A DNA stretch of 64,000 nucleotides from a bacterium. GTDB taxonomy: Bacteria; Electryoneota; RPQS01. Location: NCBI GenBank assembly GCA_020846695.1, contig JADLDM010000187.1:1010-65009 (forward strand). Direction: 5' to 3'. Positions 21,403-30,889 of the stretch are shown here, one piece after another (position 1 is the first letter of the stretch; each line of letters opens with the position of its first letter). Position numbers and translations under genes: made by a program. The notes beneath the pieces were generated by a model that worked only from the letters and a program-made list of their open reading frames with translations, was not told the DNA's origin and did not search any database.

Positions 21403-21969
21403 ATGATTCGCTACACCGCAAAGACACTCGCCGTCGTCGCCATCGTTTTTGGCTGGCTCCTCGTCACAGGCGCTGCGCTCGCGCAAGACTCCACCAAGAC
21501 CCCCACCTACATCGGCGGATCAAAGTGCAAGATGTGCCACAAAGGAGAGAAGAACGGCAACATGTGGGAAATCTGGGAAGGCTCCACGCACGCAAAGTCC
21601 CTGCAAACCCTGATTGACAAGGGCGAGCAGAACAATGCCGAGTGCCTTGCCTGTCACACCACCGGACACGGAGTCGCAGGAGGATACGGCACCGCCGGAA
21701 TGGAAGCGCCTGAAGCTCTCGGTTCCGTAAGCTGTGAAGCATGTCACGGCCCCGGATCCGAATACAAATCCAAGAAAGTGATGGAAGATCACGCCGCTTC
21801 CGTGGCCGCGGGACTCTGGATTCCTGACGAAAACACCTGTAAGAAGTGCCACAATGAAAAGTCTCCGACTTTCAAGGGCTTCAACTTCGCCGAAGCGTGG
21901 GCGAAGATCAAGCACGAGACTCCCGCTGTCGCCGACAGCGCCGCCGCACCCGCGGGCGGATCGAACTAA
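21403..21969 (+). CDS. Periplasmic tetraheme cytochrome c (c554-like)
   Basis: 4 CxxCH (CKMCH, CLACH, CEACH, CKKCH). Start moved to ATG 21403 (signal peptide ending ALA). Confidence 0.88.
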   Translation: MIRYTAKTLAVVAIVFGWLLVTGAALAQDSTKTPTYIGGSKCKMCHKGEKNGNMWEIWEGSTHAKSLQTLIDKGEQNNAECLACHTTGHGVAGGYGTAGMEAPEALGSVSCEACHGPGSEYKSKKVMEDHAASVAAGLWIPDENTCKKCHNEKSPTFKGFNFAEAWAKIKHETPAVADSAAAPAGGSN

Positions 21970-21989
21970 CCCGCCGCAGCACATTCACT

Positions 21990-22029
21990 CTATTCAACGC
22001 GGCTTCCGAAATGGAGCCGCGTTGAGTAG
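21990..22029 (+). terminator. Strong 17-bp hairpin after the cytochrome gene (terminator or mRNA-stabilising stem)
   Basis: CTATTCAACGCGGCTTC-CGAAAT-GGAGCCGCGTTGAGTAG; no clear U tract. Confidence 0.55.
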
Positions 22030-22075
22030 GGAACTCCGATTTCGCTGTCTGAATCACGGGCCGACGAACCTGCAT

Positions 22076-22093
22076 TTGTGAAAAGAATCACAT
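22076..22093. promoter_or_regulatory. Rex/Crp-type operator
   Basis: TTGTGAA-AAGA-ATCACAT, a perfect TGTGA-N6-TCACA core, 30 bp before the Fe-S gene. Confidence 0.6.
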
Positions 22094-22123
22094 TGCGCCG
22101 ACGGCCCGATTGAAGGCAAGATT

Positions 22124-23050
22124 ATGAATCTCAACCGTCGCGACTTCCTCAAATTCGCCGGAGCGACGACTGCTACAGCCGCACTCACTTCGCTCCCGAT
22201 CAAAGCGGAAGCGACCGAACATTTCACGGGACATCCTGATCGCAAAGGAATCCTCGTGGATACCTCGCTCTGCATCGGACACAACTGCCGACGCTGCGAA
22301 TTTGCCTGCGCCAAAGAAAATTACTTGCCGACTCCTGACAAACCTCCGGAAGATGCAAGTGTCTTCGACCAGCGCCGCCGCACTCACCCTGATCAGTTTA
22401 CCGTTATCAATCGCTTTCCCGGCCGTTCCGAGGACATGCCTGTCTATGCAAAAAAACAGTGTATGCACTGCGACGAACCGGCCTGCGCATCCGCCTGCTT
22501 AGTCGGAGCATTCAAGAAAACCCCTGAAGGAGCCGTCACCTACGATGCCTCCGTCTGCATCGGCTGCCGCTACTGCATGGTCGCCTGCCCCTTCGACATT
22601 CCAACTTACGAATACAACAGTGCACTTCACCCTCGCGTCAGGAAGTGCACTTTCTGTTTTGAGACTAAACTGAAAGAAGGGAAAGCTCCGGCCTGCGTCG
22701 AAGCCTGCCCGCGCGAAGTGATGACCTTCGGAAAACGCGAAGACTTGATCAAAGTCGCGCGTCAGAAGATCGCCCGCAACCCCGACAAATACGTTGACCA
22801 CATCTACGGTGAGCATGAAGTCGGCGGGACAAGCTGGATGTATCTCTCGCCCGTGCCGTTCGATTCTATCGGCATGAGAACCGATCTCGGCACGACGCCC
22901 TATCCCGAACTCACGCGCAACTATCTTTCCGCGGCCCCGCTCGTTATGGCCATCTGGCCGAGCTTCTTCCTCACTCTGTATCTGTTCAACAAACGCAAAG
23001 ACCAGATCGCCGCCGAAGAAAACGGCAAGCATAAAGAGGAGAGTGCTTAG
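22124..23050 (+). CDS. Tat-exported 4Fe-4S polyferredoxin (HybA/HmcB-like)
   Basis: NRRDFLK twin-arginine motif; CMHCDEPACASAC, CIGCRYCMVACP, CTFC..PACVEACP; YGEHEVGGTSW; C-terminal TM helix. Confidence 0.9.
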   Translation: MNLNRRDFLKFAGATTATAALTSLPIKAEATEHFTGHPDRKGILVDTSLCIGHNCRRCEFACAKENYLPTPDKPPEDASVFDQRRRTHPDQFTVINRFPGRSEDMPVYAKKQCMHCDEPACASACLVGAFKKTPEGAVTYDASVCIGCRYCMVACPFDIPTYEYNSALHPRVRKCTFCFETKLKEGKAPACVEACPREVMTFGKREDLIKVARQKIARNPDKYVDHIYGEHEVGGTSWMYLSPVPFDSIGMRTDLGTTPYPELTRNYLSAAPLVMAIWPSFFLTLYLFNKRKDQIAAEENGKHKEESA

Positions 23051-24288
23051 TGGCAACCTTCTCTCCTTCTCTTCCGGGAAACGTGAACACCGGATCATGG
23101 CTGCGAGACAAGCTATTCCTCGGTATGACGCCGAAAGCCTATCTGCGCTCGTTGATCACGCCGTGGCACATGGTCGCCGCAGCAATCCTCGCAATCGGCC
23201 TGCCCGTCTTCTTCCAGAGATTTGCCTATGGAATCGGAGCGGTCTCTAATCTCACCGACACAAATCCGTGGGGAATCTGGATCGGCATTGACGTGCTCTG
23301 CGGAGTTGCTTTAGCCGCCGGAGGATTCATCATCGCCTCAATTGTGCATCTCTTCGGCATGAAAGAATATGCGCCGCTTGTCAGACCCGCAATCCTCACC
23401 GGATTTCTCGGCTACGCATTCGTCGTCGTCGGTTTGATGTTCGACTTGGGCCGACCGTGGAGACTTCCTTATCCGATGACGTTTGCATTCGGAACGAGTT
23501 CCGTCATGTTTGAAGTCGGCTGGTGTGTCGCGCTCTACTTGGGATGCCAATTCGTCGAGATGTTCCCGCCGATTTTTGAATGGCTCGGATACAAGAGGCT
23601 CCGCGCATGGGCCATGACCTTAGTGCTCGGCACAACCGTCCTGGCCGTCGTGCTCTCGACCTTGCATCAATCTTCACTCGGCGCACTCTTCTTGATTGCC
23701 CCAAGTAAACTGCATCCGCTCTGGTACAGCATGTATCTGCCGGTCTATTTTCTGATCAGCGCGGTCGCCGGCGGAATCGGCATGATCATCTTTGAATCCA
23801 CACTTTCACATCGCACTTTCAAAACTCAAACCGGACATTTGAGTCACGCGCAGCTTGATCACCTCGCGCTCGGACTTGCGAAGGGCGGCGCGATTGTCCT
23901 CTACCTCTATTTCTGGCTGAAAGTCGTCGGCCTTGCGCATGAACACCAATGGTCGTTACTTCTCTCTGGATGGGGACTATGGTGGCTCGTCGAAGTCATC
24001 GGTTTCATTCTTGCTCCGGCCTTTCTCTTCCTCTTTGCCGTGCGCGGTTTAAGTCCGCTCCTCGCGCGCGTCGCTGCAGTCTGGACCGTACTCGGATTGA
24101 TCCTTAATCGGCTGAATGTTTCGGTTGTCGCGTTAAATTGGAATCAAACCGAGCGCTACATTCCGCACTGGAAAGAAATCACGATTACCATCACAATCAT
24201 CACGATCGGCGTGCTGGTCTTCCAATGGATGGTCAACCGTATGCCAATTCTTTTACAGCATCCAGATTACGCCGGCGAAAGCCACTAA
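23050..24288 (+). CDS. NrfD/PsrC-family membrane subunit (HybB/HmcC-like)
   Basis: PWGIWIGIDVLCGVALAAGGF, DLGRPWR and LSTLHQSSLG..LHPLW motifs; about 10 TM helices. Confidence 0.9.
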   Translation: MATFSPSLPGNVNTGSWLRDKLFLGMTPKAYLRSLITPWHMVAAAILAIGLPVFFQRFAYGIGAVSNLTDTNPWGIWIGIDVLCGVALAAGGFIIASIVHLFGMKEYAPLVRPAILTGFLGYAFVVVGLMFDLGRPWRLPYPMTFAFGTSSVMFEVGWCVALYLGCQFVEMFPPIFEWLGYKRLRAWAMTLVLGTTVLAVVLSTLHQSSLGALFLIAPSKLHPLWYSMYLPVYFLISAVAGGIGMIIFESTLSHRTFKTQTGHLSHAQLDHLALGLAKGGAIVLYLYFWLKVVGLAHEHQWSLLLSGWGLWWLVEVIGFILAPAFLFLFAVRGLSPLLARVAAVWTVLGLILNRLNVSVVALNWNQTERYIPHWKEITITITIITIGVLVFQWMVNRMPILLQHPDYAGESH

Positions 24289-24301
24289 CCGCGTACACAC
24301 C

Positions 24302-24427
24302 ATGCACACACTTCACGAATTCACGCTCGTTACGCAAGCAGGCGAGTATATCACCGGAATCGTCGGTCTGCTTCTGTTTGTTCCCTTCTGGAAAGCTCTC
24401 AACGCGCGACCCAAGCGCAAACACTAA
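24302..24427 (+). CDS. Small single-TM protein, HmcD-like (41 aa, absent from the ORF track)
   Basis: MHTLHEFTLVTQAGEYITGIVGLLLFVPFWKALNARPKRKH; fills the gap directly after the HmcC-like gene and resembles the HmcD pattern as I recall it. Confidence 0.7.
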   Translation: MHTLHEFTLVTQAGEYITGIVGLLLFVPFWKALNARPKRKH

Positions 24428-24449
24428 TTTTCGAGTCGGGCGACCGACC

Positions 24450-25541
24450 ATGAAACACTTACTCGCTTTCACCGTCCTCTTCGCGCTGCTTCTGATCGGC
24501 GAATCTTCCCACGCGAAGTCCGGTCCTAATAACGGCTGTGCAGAGTGCCACGTCTGCAGCAACCCCACGCTCTCCGATCCCTGCCTGCGCGGATGCCCGC
24601 GCTCCCGCGCAACGGTTGAAGACATCAAGCTCGGTCCCGATCGCATTCTCATCAACGAAATTGAAGTCGAGTATGACGCGGTTCCCTTTGCTCATCGCCT
24701 TCATGCCGAAATGACTGCGATGGACAAGGGCTGCCAGAATTGCCATCACTTTCAGGAAATCGGCGGTATCACCGCGTGCAAGAATTGCCACCCCGAGCAT
24801 ATCGCAGAAGAGAATCTCGAACAGCCCGGCTTGAAGGGCGCCTATCACCGTCAATGTCTCGGCTGTCATCAGGAGTGGAGCCACGACACGTCGTGCGAAA
24901 TCTGCCACCTGAAGAAGGGATCAGAGCTCGCCGAACCGCAAGTTAAGAGCGGACCCGGCAGTAGATTCGCCGGATTGAATGAGCCCGTCAAAAGAGTTTG
25001 GAATTCAACCTACGGCGGCGGCACCGTCGTCACACTTCACCATCGCAATCACACCGAAAAGTACGGAGTGGAATGCGCGGCATGTCATCACGCCGAAGGC
25101 TGTGCGGTTTGCCATGCGAAAAAAGAGCAGACTACTCAGGTGCGTCACAGCGAAGAGGCTCTGCACGCGATCTGCAATAGCTGTCACGCCGAGATGAGTT
25201 GCGATCAGTGCCATTTGAAGAGCGAGGCGCTGGAGTTTTCTCACGCACGCACAGGCTGGCCTTTGAAGACTTACCACGAGCGTCTGACATGCAGACGTTG
25301 TCACGGTGACAATCATCACTTCACCAAACCCTCCACAGATTGTGCAAGCTGCCACAAACCGTGGGATACCACTACCTTCAAGCATGAGCGCACGGGGCTT
25401 GCTCTCAACGAAACACACCTTGAGACTGATTGCGCTGAGTGTCATGTTGGAGCAAATTACACCGTCGCGCCAACGTGCAACAGCTGTCACGATACGGACA
25501 TTACTTTTCCCGCTTCCTTGCCGGGCAACCGGACGAGGTAA
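24450..25541 (+). CDS. Periplasmic 13-heme cytochrome c with class III (c3-like) domains
   Basis: 13 CxxCH by manual count; c3 signatures VPFAH..H, CxxCHH and LKGAYHRQC; start at MKHLLAF signal peptide. Confidence 0.87.
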   Translation: MKHLLAFTVLFALLLIGESSHAKSGPNNGCAECHVCSNPTLSDPCLRGCPRSRATVEDIKLGPDRILINEIEVEYDAVPFAHRLHAEMTAMDKGCQNCHHFQEIGGITACKNCHPEHIAEENLEQPGLKGAYHRQCLGCHQEWSHDTSCEICHLKKGSELAEPQVKSGPGSRFAGLNEPVKRVWNSTYGGGTVVTLHHRNHTEKYGVECAACHHAEGCAVCHAKKEQTTQVRHSEEALHAICNSCHAEMSCDQCHLKSEALEFSHARTGWPLKTYHERLTCRRCHGDNHHFTKPSTDCASCHKPWDTTTFKHERTGLALNETHLETDCAECHVGANYTVAPTCNSCHDTDITFPASLPGNRTR

Positions 25542-25544
25542 CAT

Positions 25545-28004
25545 ATGAGTCGCACCTACATTCTGCTCCTTGCTCTATTGATTCCGCTCGCGGCTTTCGC
25601 GGGCGATGACGCCGCGTGCGTGGATTGTCACTCCGACGGAACGCTTACCCGAACTCTGGACAACGGAACCGTCATTTCGCTTTGCGTCACATCCGATTCG
25701 CTCAAACTATCGCAACATGCCGCGCTCGCCTGCGTGGATTGCCATGCCGATTTGAAGGGCTTCGACGATTTCCCGCACGACGATAAACTCAAAGTGGTCA
25801 ACTGCGCAAGCTGTCACGCCGGAGCCGCGACTGAAGTCGCGGCAGGAGGACACGAGGGCGCGCTGAAATGCGCAGGCTGTCACGGCAAACACGACATTCT
25901 CTCGCCCAAAACTCCCGGCTCGCTTCTCTCGCCCGATCGCGTTGACAAGACGTGTGCAGAATGTCACAACCGGATGCACCCGCCGCAGAGAGGACGCTCC
26001 GCAGCCTACGCAAGTTATGACGTCGGCATTCACGGAAGGCTGACCGGAAAAAGTACGCGCGACTTGCCGAAGTGCACAACGTGCCATCACGCGCACACGG
26101 TCTCAAGCGAGCACAGGATGTCGAATGTGCTGGAAGACGCCTGCCTGAAATGTCATGACAATATCCGAGAGGAATTTAAGCAATCCGTTCACGGCGCATT
26201 GAATGAAGGACGTAATAAGACGCATTGCTTTGATTGTCACGGAGAACACAGAAGCCGCGCGCCCTCCGACACAACGCTGCGTGTGACCAATGAATCCCCC
26301 GCCGAAGCAACGTGCGGAGCCTGCCACCCTGAATCCGTGCAGCGCTACAATCAGAGTTTGCACGCGTGGGCGCTGGAAACCGGCTCTGTCCGCGCGCCTC
26401 GCTGCGAAAGCTGTCACGGCGCGCATAACATCAGACCCGTCAGTGATCCGCAATCTCCTATGCATCGTTCGCGGCAAGTAGAAACCTGCGCGAAGTGCCA
26501 CAGCCAAATCGGAATCACGCTCGATCCCGATGTGCGCCTACCGCGCTCTTTTGAGAACTATCTTGAGAGCACGCACGGCAAGAAACTGAAAGAGGGAAAC
26601 ACCGAAGTTCCAGTCTGCATAGATTGTCACGGGGGGCACGCGATTCGAGGCGGCAACGATCCCAATTCGACCATTGCGCACGTCAACATTGACAAGACCT
26701 GCGGAAAATGCCATGAGAAGGAGCAGGGTCTCTACCGTCAGTCCATTCACTATCGCGCTTTGATCAGCGGAATTGATGACAGCCCGACTTGCACGGGTTG
26801 TCACGGAGAGCACTTGTTGATCTCGCCGAAAGACCCGCTCTCAAAGGTGAGTCACTCGCGAGTCGCCGCCGAAACCTGCGGCAAATGCCACGAGAACCCC
26901 GATGTGATCCGCAAATACGGATTAGCGCCGGACGTGGTTTCAACCTATTCGGATAGCTATCACGGATTGGCAACGCAGGCGAAGCACAAGGACACTCCCT
27001 CCTGCGCAGATTGCCACGAGGCTCACGACGTTCGCACTGCGCATGATTCGCTCTCAACGATTCACAAGAGCAACGTCACCGAAACGTGCGCGAAGTGTCA
27101 CCCCAAAGCCGATGACAAGTTCGCGGCCTCCTATACGCACGTCGCGCTGCAGCCGGTGGAGGGTGGAGCCAATTGGTGGATCGCACGAATCTACTGGGTG
27201 TTATTGGCCGTGATTATCGGCGGAATGGTTGTTCATAATCTCCTGATTCTGAACTTCCACATGGTGAAAGCGCGCGAGCATCAGACAGCCGGCAAGAAAG
27301 TCACGCGCTTTGACAAACACCAATTAGTCCAGCACATGGCGCTGTCGGTCTCCTTCATCATGCTTGCCGTGACGGGCTTCGCGCTGAAATTCCCGAATGC
27401 ATGGTGGGTGAAATTCTCTGCGATGATCGGTTTCAGCGAACCGGTTCGCAGGATCACGCACCGAATCATGGCCGTGATTCTCATCGGCTGCTCCATCTAT
27501 CACGTCGTCTACCTGTTTATGACGCGCCGCGGACAGGAAGAGTTGAAGGCAATGCTGCCCGCAAAATCCGACGTCAGCGAATTCTCTGAGAACATGGCCT
27601 ATCACCTCAACAAGAGGAAAGACCCGCCGAAATTCGATCGCTATGACTATTCGCAGAAGGCCGAGTATTGGGCCTTGATCTGGGGAACCGTTCTAATGAT
27701 CGCTACAGGATTTGTGCTGTGGTTCCCGGCCGAACTTTCTCCGATACTTCCGGCTTGGGCCGTTCCCGTGAGCCAGACGATTCACCTTTATGAAGCATGG
27801 CTTGCAACGCTCGCGATTGTCGTGTGGCACTTCTTCTTCGTGATCTTCCATCCCGAAGAGTATCCCATGAGCTGGACGTGGTTGACCGGAAAGATTTCGC
27901 TCGATCTGGTCAAGCATCGCCACGAACGCTGGTACGACAAGATCGTGAAGGAAGAGGACGCCAAGCCCGATGCTGCAACCAAAACAGAGAGTCCAAAGCA
28001 ATAG
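25545..28004 (+). CDS. CbcL-like fusion: 17-heme cytochrome c plus cytochrome b (FdnI/HydC-type) membrane domain
   Basis: 17 CxxCH; C-terminal TM region with His in QH, THR, IH and WH, and the motif FDRYDYSQKAEYWALIWG. Confidence 0.85.
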   Translation: MSRTYILLLALLIPLAAFAGDDAACVDCHSDGTLTRTLDNGTVISLCVTSDSLKLSQHAALACVDCHADLKGFDDFPHDDKLKVVNCASCHAGAATEVAAGGHEGALKCAGCHGKHDILSPKTPGSLLSPDRVDKTCAECHNRMHPPQRGRSAAYASYDVGIHGRLTGKSTRDLPKCTTCHHAHTVSSEHRMSNVLEDACLKCHDNIREEFKQSVHGALNEGRNKTHCFDCHGEHRSRAPSDTTLRVTNESPAEATCGACHPESVQRYNQSLHAWALETGSVRAPRCESCHGAHNIRPVSDPQSPMHRSRQVETCAKCHSQIGITLDPDVRLPRSFENYLESTHGKKLKEGNTEVPVCIDCHGGHAIRGGNDPNSTIAHVNIDKTCGKCHEKEQGLYRQSIHYRALISGIDDSPTCTGCHGEHLLISPKDPLSKVSHSRVAAETCGKCHENPDVIRKYGLAPDVVSTYSDSYHGLATQAKHKDTPSCADCHEAHDVRTAHDSLSTIHKSNVTETCAKCHPKADDKFAASYTHVALQPVEGGANWWIARIYWVLLAVIIGGMVVHNLLILNFHMVKAREHQTAGKKVTRFDKHQLVQHMALSVSFIMLAVTGFALKFPNAWWVKFSAMIGFSEPVRRITHRIMAVILIGCSIYHVVYLFMTRRGQEELKAMLPAKSDVSEFSENMAYHLNKRKDPPKFDRYDYSQKAEYWALIWGTVLMIATGFVLWFPAELSPILPAWAVPVSQTIHLYEAWLATLAIVVWHFFFVIFHPEEYPMSWTWLTGKISLDLVKHRHERWYDKIVKEEDAKPDAATKTESPKQ

Positions 28005-28013
28005 ATTGAAGTA

Positions 28014-30512
28014 ATGACGCACCGCATTCCCAAACTTGTTGCGTGGCTGCTCACGCTCGCATTTGCCTGCGCAATTCTTCAGGCGCAATCAAACAGCGAC
28101 TGCATGGACTGCCACAGCGACCCCACGCTGTCGGCCGATCGCCTGACCGGCCCGGTTTCGCTCACGGTGACCACCGACAGTTTGAAGGGCAGCGTGCATG
28201 AAGGTCTCGACTGTATTGACTGTCACGCCGATCTCAAAAATGCGGAATTTCCGCACGAGAGACCGCGCAATGTCAATTGCGGTGAGTGTCATGACGCGGA
28301 GATGAAGACTTTCATGGCGGGCTTTTTCAACAAGCTGAACGCCATGGGTTTTCGTGGTGTGCCGGAGTGTTCGGATTGTCACGGCTCGCACAAGATCACG
28401 GCGCATGCGGATTCGCGGAGAGTGTGCGGGATTTGTCACCGCAATGAGTTAGCCGCCTTCGACAAAAGTGTGCACTCACGCACCGGCAAGGCCGCGAAGG
28501 AACAGATGAGCTGCACGTCGTGCCACGACCCGCATTTCAAATCGCGACGTGACAGTATGTCGGTTGCCGAATGGCGCGAGTACAATGTGCACGGCTGTAT
28601 GGAGTGCCACAAGGGCGAATCCAAGAACTACGTCGCAAGTAAGCACTTCGAAAAGTTGAAAGGCGGCGATCTCGACGCTCCGAACTGCGTGTCCTGTCAC
28701 GGTGAACACGGAGTCCTTTCACCTTCCGATCCCGCTTCGCACGCTTCGGTGGAGCGACTTGATGCCCTCTGCTCAACTTGCCACCAGGGATATGAGGAGT
28801 CACTGCACCGCAAGGACAGCGTGGACGCAAGGCTGATGACTTGTGTCGCTTGTCACACGGGACATCAGACGCAGATGGTTCACGCCTCCGGTGGAATATT
28901 TCGCGAGCAGCTCCCCGCGACCTGTAATCGCTGTCATGAAGGCGAGCGCCACACGAAGGAGTTTCTCGCGCACGGCAAGATCATGACGACATCTGAGACG
29001 GGGGACATTGCAAACTGTACGCAGTGTCACGTCTATCACTTCCAGCGCAAGATTGAAGGGCAGGAGCCTAAATCCAATCTGAGAATGCAGTGCGAAAACT
29101 GCCATTCAAAGGAGTATCAGGAGTACATGCGCTCGGAGCACGGAATCGCCTTTGCAAAGGGGCACACCGAAGCTCCGACCTGCGTTACTTGTCATGGGGA
29201 CAAGGACATTCAGAAGGTTAGTGAAGCGATGCGTCCTCGGCACATCATTGACATGTGCAGCAAGTGTCACGGCAATCGCGACTTCGCTCTGAAGTTCCAA
29301 TTGAATCCTGAAGTCGTGCGCTCTTACGAGCGAACGTACCATGGGCAGGCCTACAATCTTGGCTATCAGGGGGATGACTTTGCGACGTGCGTGAACTGTC
29401 ACGGCAATCACGATATTCGTTCACAAGACGATCCGGAATCAAAGGTCAGCCGACAGCATATCATTGAAACGTGCGCGCGTTGTCATAAGGACGCCAACGA
29501 AAATTTCGTGCAGTTTCTTTCGCACTACGATCCGCACGGCGGGCCGGAAGGAGCGACGAAGTCCGAGCGCAACGTGAGCTACGCCGAGAAATTCATGACG
29601 AATCTTCTGTTTTTCGTCTTTGGTTTCTTCGGATTGCACACGGCGCTTTGGCTGATTCGCGGATTTGCGGAAGGTAGACCGAAACGTTCCAAAGAATCGG
29701 AGCGGAAATGGGTTAGGCGGTTTTCTCCGTGGCAGAGAACACTGCATATCGCGCTGGCTTCAAGCTTCCTGTTGCAGGCGATGACGGGATTGCCGTTGAA
29801 GTTCTCACACAGTGAAGCAGCCTATTGGATCACCAATCATCTGATTGATTTGCGGACGATGGCCATCATTCATCGTATCGGCGCGGCGATTATGATCGCG
29901 ACGTTTGTCCTGCATGTGCTGACGCTGATTTCCGCTTGGCTCTTCTTGAAGAAGAGAGGGTTGTTCTGGGGCGACGGCTCAATGGTTCCGCAATTGCGCG
30001 ACGGCAAGGACATCTTCGCGCACTTCCGCTGGTTCCTCTGGCTTGGGCCGAAACCGAAGTTCGGCAAGTTTACGTATTGGGAGAAGTTCGATTACTTCGC
30101 GGTGTTCTGGGGCGTCTTGATCATCGGATCGAGCGGCTTCATTCTCTGGTATCCGGAGTTTTTCACACAGCTTCTGCCGGGTTGGGTGATTAATCTCGCG
30201 CACATAGTTCATAGTGAGGAAGCTCTGCTTGCAACGGCATTCATCTTCTCGATCCACTTTTTCAACGGACATCTTCGCCCGAGCAAATTCCCGTTCGACG
30301 ACGTGATCTTCACGGGACGCGAATCCACCGAAGAGCTTGAACGCGAGCGGCCGCTCGAAATTGAGCAGCTTATTAAGGAAGGCAAACTTGATGCGCACGT
30401 CGTGCCGCCAATGAAGACGTGGCATAAGTTATTTCTCAAGACGTGGGGATGGTCGGCGTTTCTTGCAGGACTTGTTGTGCTCATCTTCATCATCTATGCG
30501 ATGTTCGGATAG
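28014..30512 (+). CDS. Second CbcL-like fusion: 17-heme cytochrome c plus cytochrome b domain
   Basis: 17 CxxCH; FGKFTYWEKFDYFAVFWG and HSEEALLA..IHFFN.HLRP.KFP motifs. Confidence 0.85.
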   Translation: MTHRIPKLVAWLLTLAFACAILQAQSNSDCMDCHSDPTLSADRLTGPVSLTVTTDSLKGSVHEGLDCIDCHADLKNAEFPHERPRNVNCGECHDAEMKTFMAGFFNKLNAMGFRGVPECSDCHGSHKITAHADSRRVCGICHRNELAAFDKSVHSRTGKAAKEQMSCTSCHDPHFKSRRDSMSVAEWREYNVHGCMECHKGESKNYVASKHFEKLKGGDLDAPNCVSCHGEHGVLSPSDPASHASVERLDALCSTCHQGYEESLHRKDSVDARLMTCVACHTGHQTQMVHASGGIFREQLPATCNRCHEGERHTKEFLAHGKIMTTSETGDIANCTQCHVYHFQRKIEGQEPKSNLRMQCENCHSKEYQEYMRSEHGIAFAKGHTEAPTCVTCHGDKDIQKVSEAMRPRHIIDMCSKCHGNRDFALKFQLNPEVVRSYERTYHGQAYNLGYQGDDFATCVNCHGNHDIRSQDDPESKVSRQHIIETCARCHKDANENFVQFLSHYDPHGGPEGATKSERNVSYAEKFMTNLLFFVFGFFGLHTALWLIRGFAEGRPKRSKESERKWVRRFSPWQRTLHIALASSFLLQAMTGLPLKFSHSEAAYWITNHLIDLRTMAIIHRIGAAIMIATFVLHVLTLISAWLFLKKRGLFWGDGSMVPQLRDGKDIFAHFRWFLWLGPKPKFGKFTYWEKFDYFAVFWGVLIIGSSGFILWYPEFFTQLLPGWVINLAHIVHSEEALLATAFIFSIHFFNGHLRPSKFPFDDVIFTGRESTEELERERPLEIEQLIKEGKLDAHVVPPMKTWHKLFLKTWGWSAFLAGLVVLIFIIYAMFG

Positions 30513-30532
30513 ATAAGCTTGCGCGTTTTTTG

Positions 30533-30568
30533 AGAGCCGTTCGCTAAATGCGGGCGGCTCTTTTGTTT
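30533..30568 (+). terminator. Intrinsic terminator of the plus-strand cytochrome operon
   Basis: AGAGCCGTTCGC-TAAAT-GCGGGCGGCTCT followed by TTTGTTT. Confidence 0.8.
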
Positions 30569-30830
30569 AGCACACTAAGTGATGAAGAAACAGAAGGCGT
30601 GGAAAAAAATTTTGCAGAACGGAGGTGGTTGAAAAGATGAGAGATGAAGCGGGAAGTGAAGAATCTGCGGGCAGGAACACGTAAGCTGTTGTGTTACCTA
30701 TTGAACGTTGCGAAGAGTGAAAAGTTCCGGGCTGTTCTTGAAAGAGATAGAGATTGGAGGAGGATTCAGAGCGCACGCAGTGCGGCACTACAGGAAGCAG
30801 ACAGACACGATTTATCATGTCCCTGCGATG

Positions 30831-30866
30831 AGAAAGAGAAACGGTCGCTTGAGTGAGCGACCGTTT
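30831..30866 (-). terminator. Intrinsic terminator of the porin-cytochrome operon
   Basis: Minus strand AAACGGTCGCT-CACTCA-AGCGACCGTTT then TCTCTTT, just after the stop at 30890. Confidence 0.78.
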
Positions 30867-30889
30867 GATGTTTTTGATAGGGGAGACGT

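Noticed and set aside
22124..24288. Hydrogenase-2 (hybAB) or alternative complex III
   Set aside because: No hydrogenase subunits, molybdopterin-like ActB domain or second NrfD subunit nearby.
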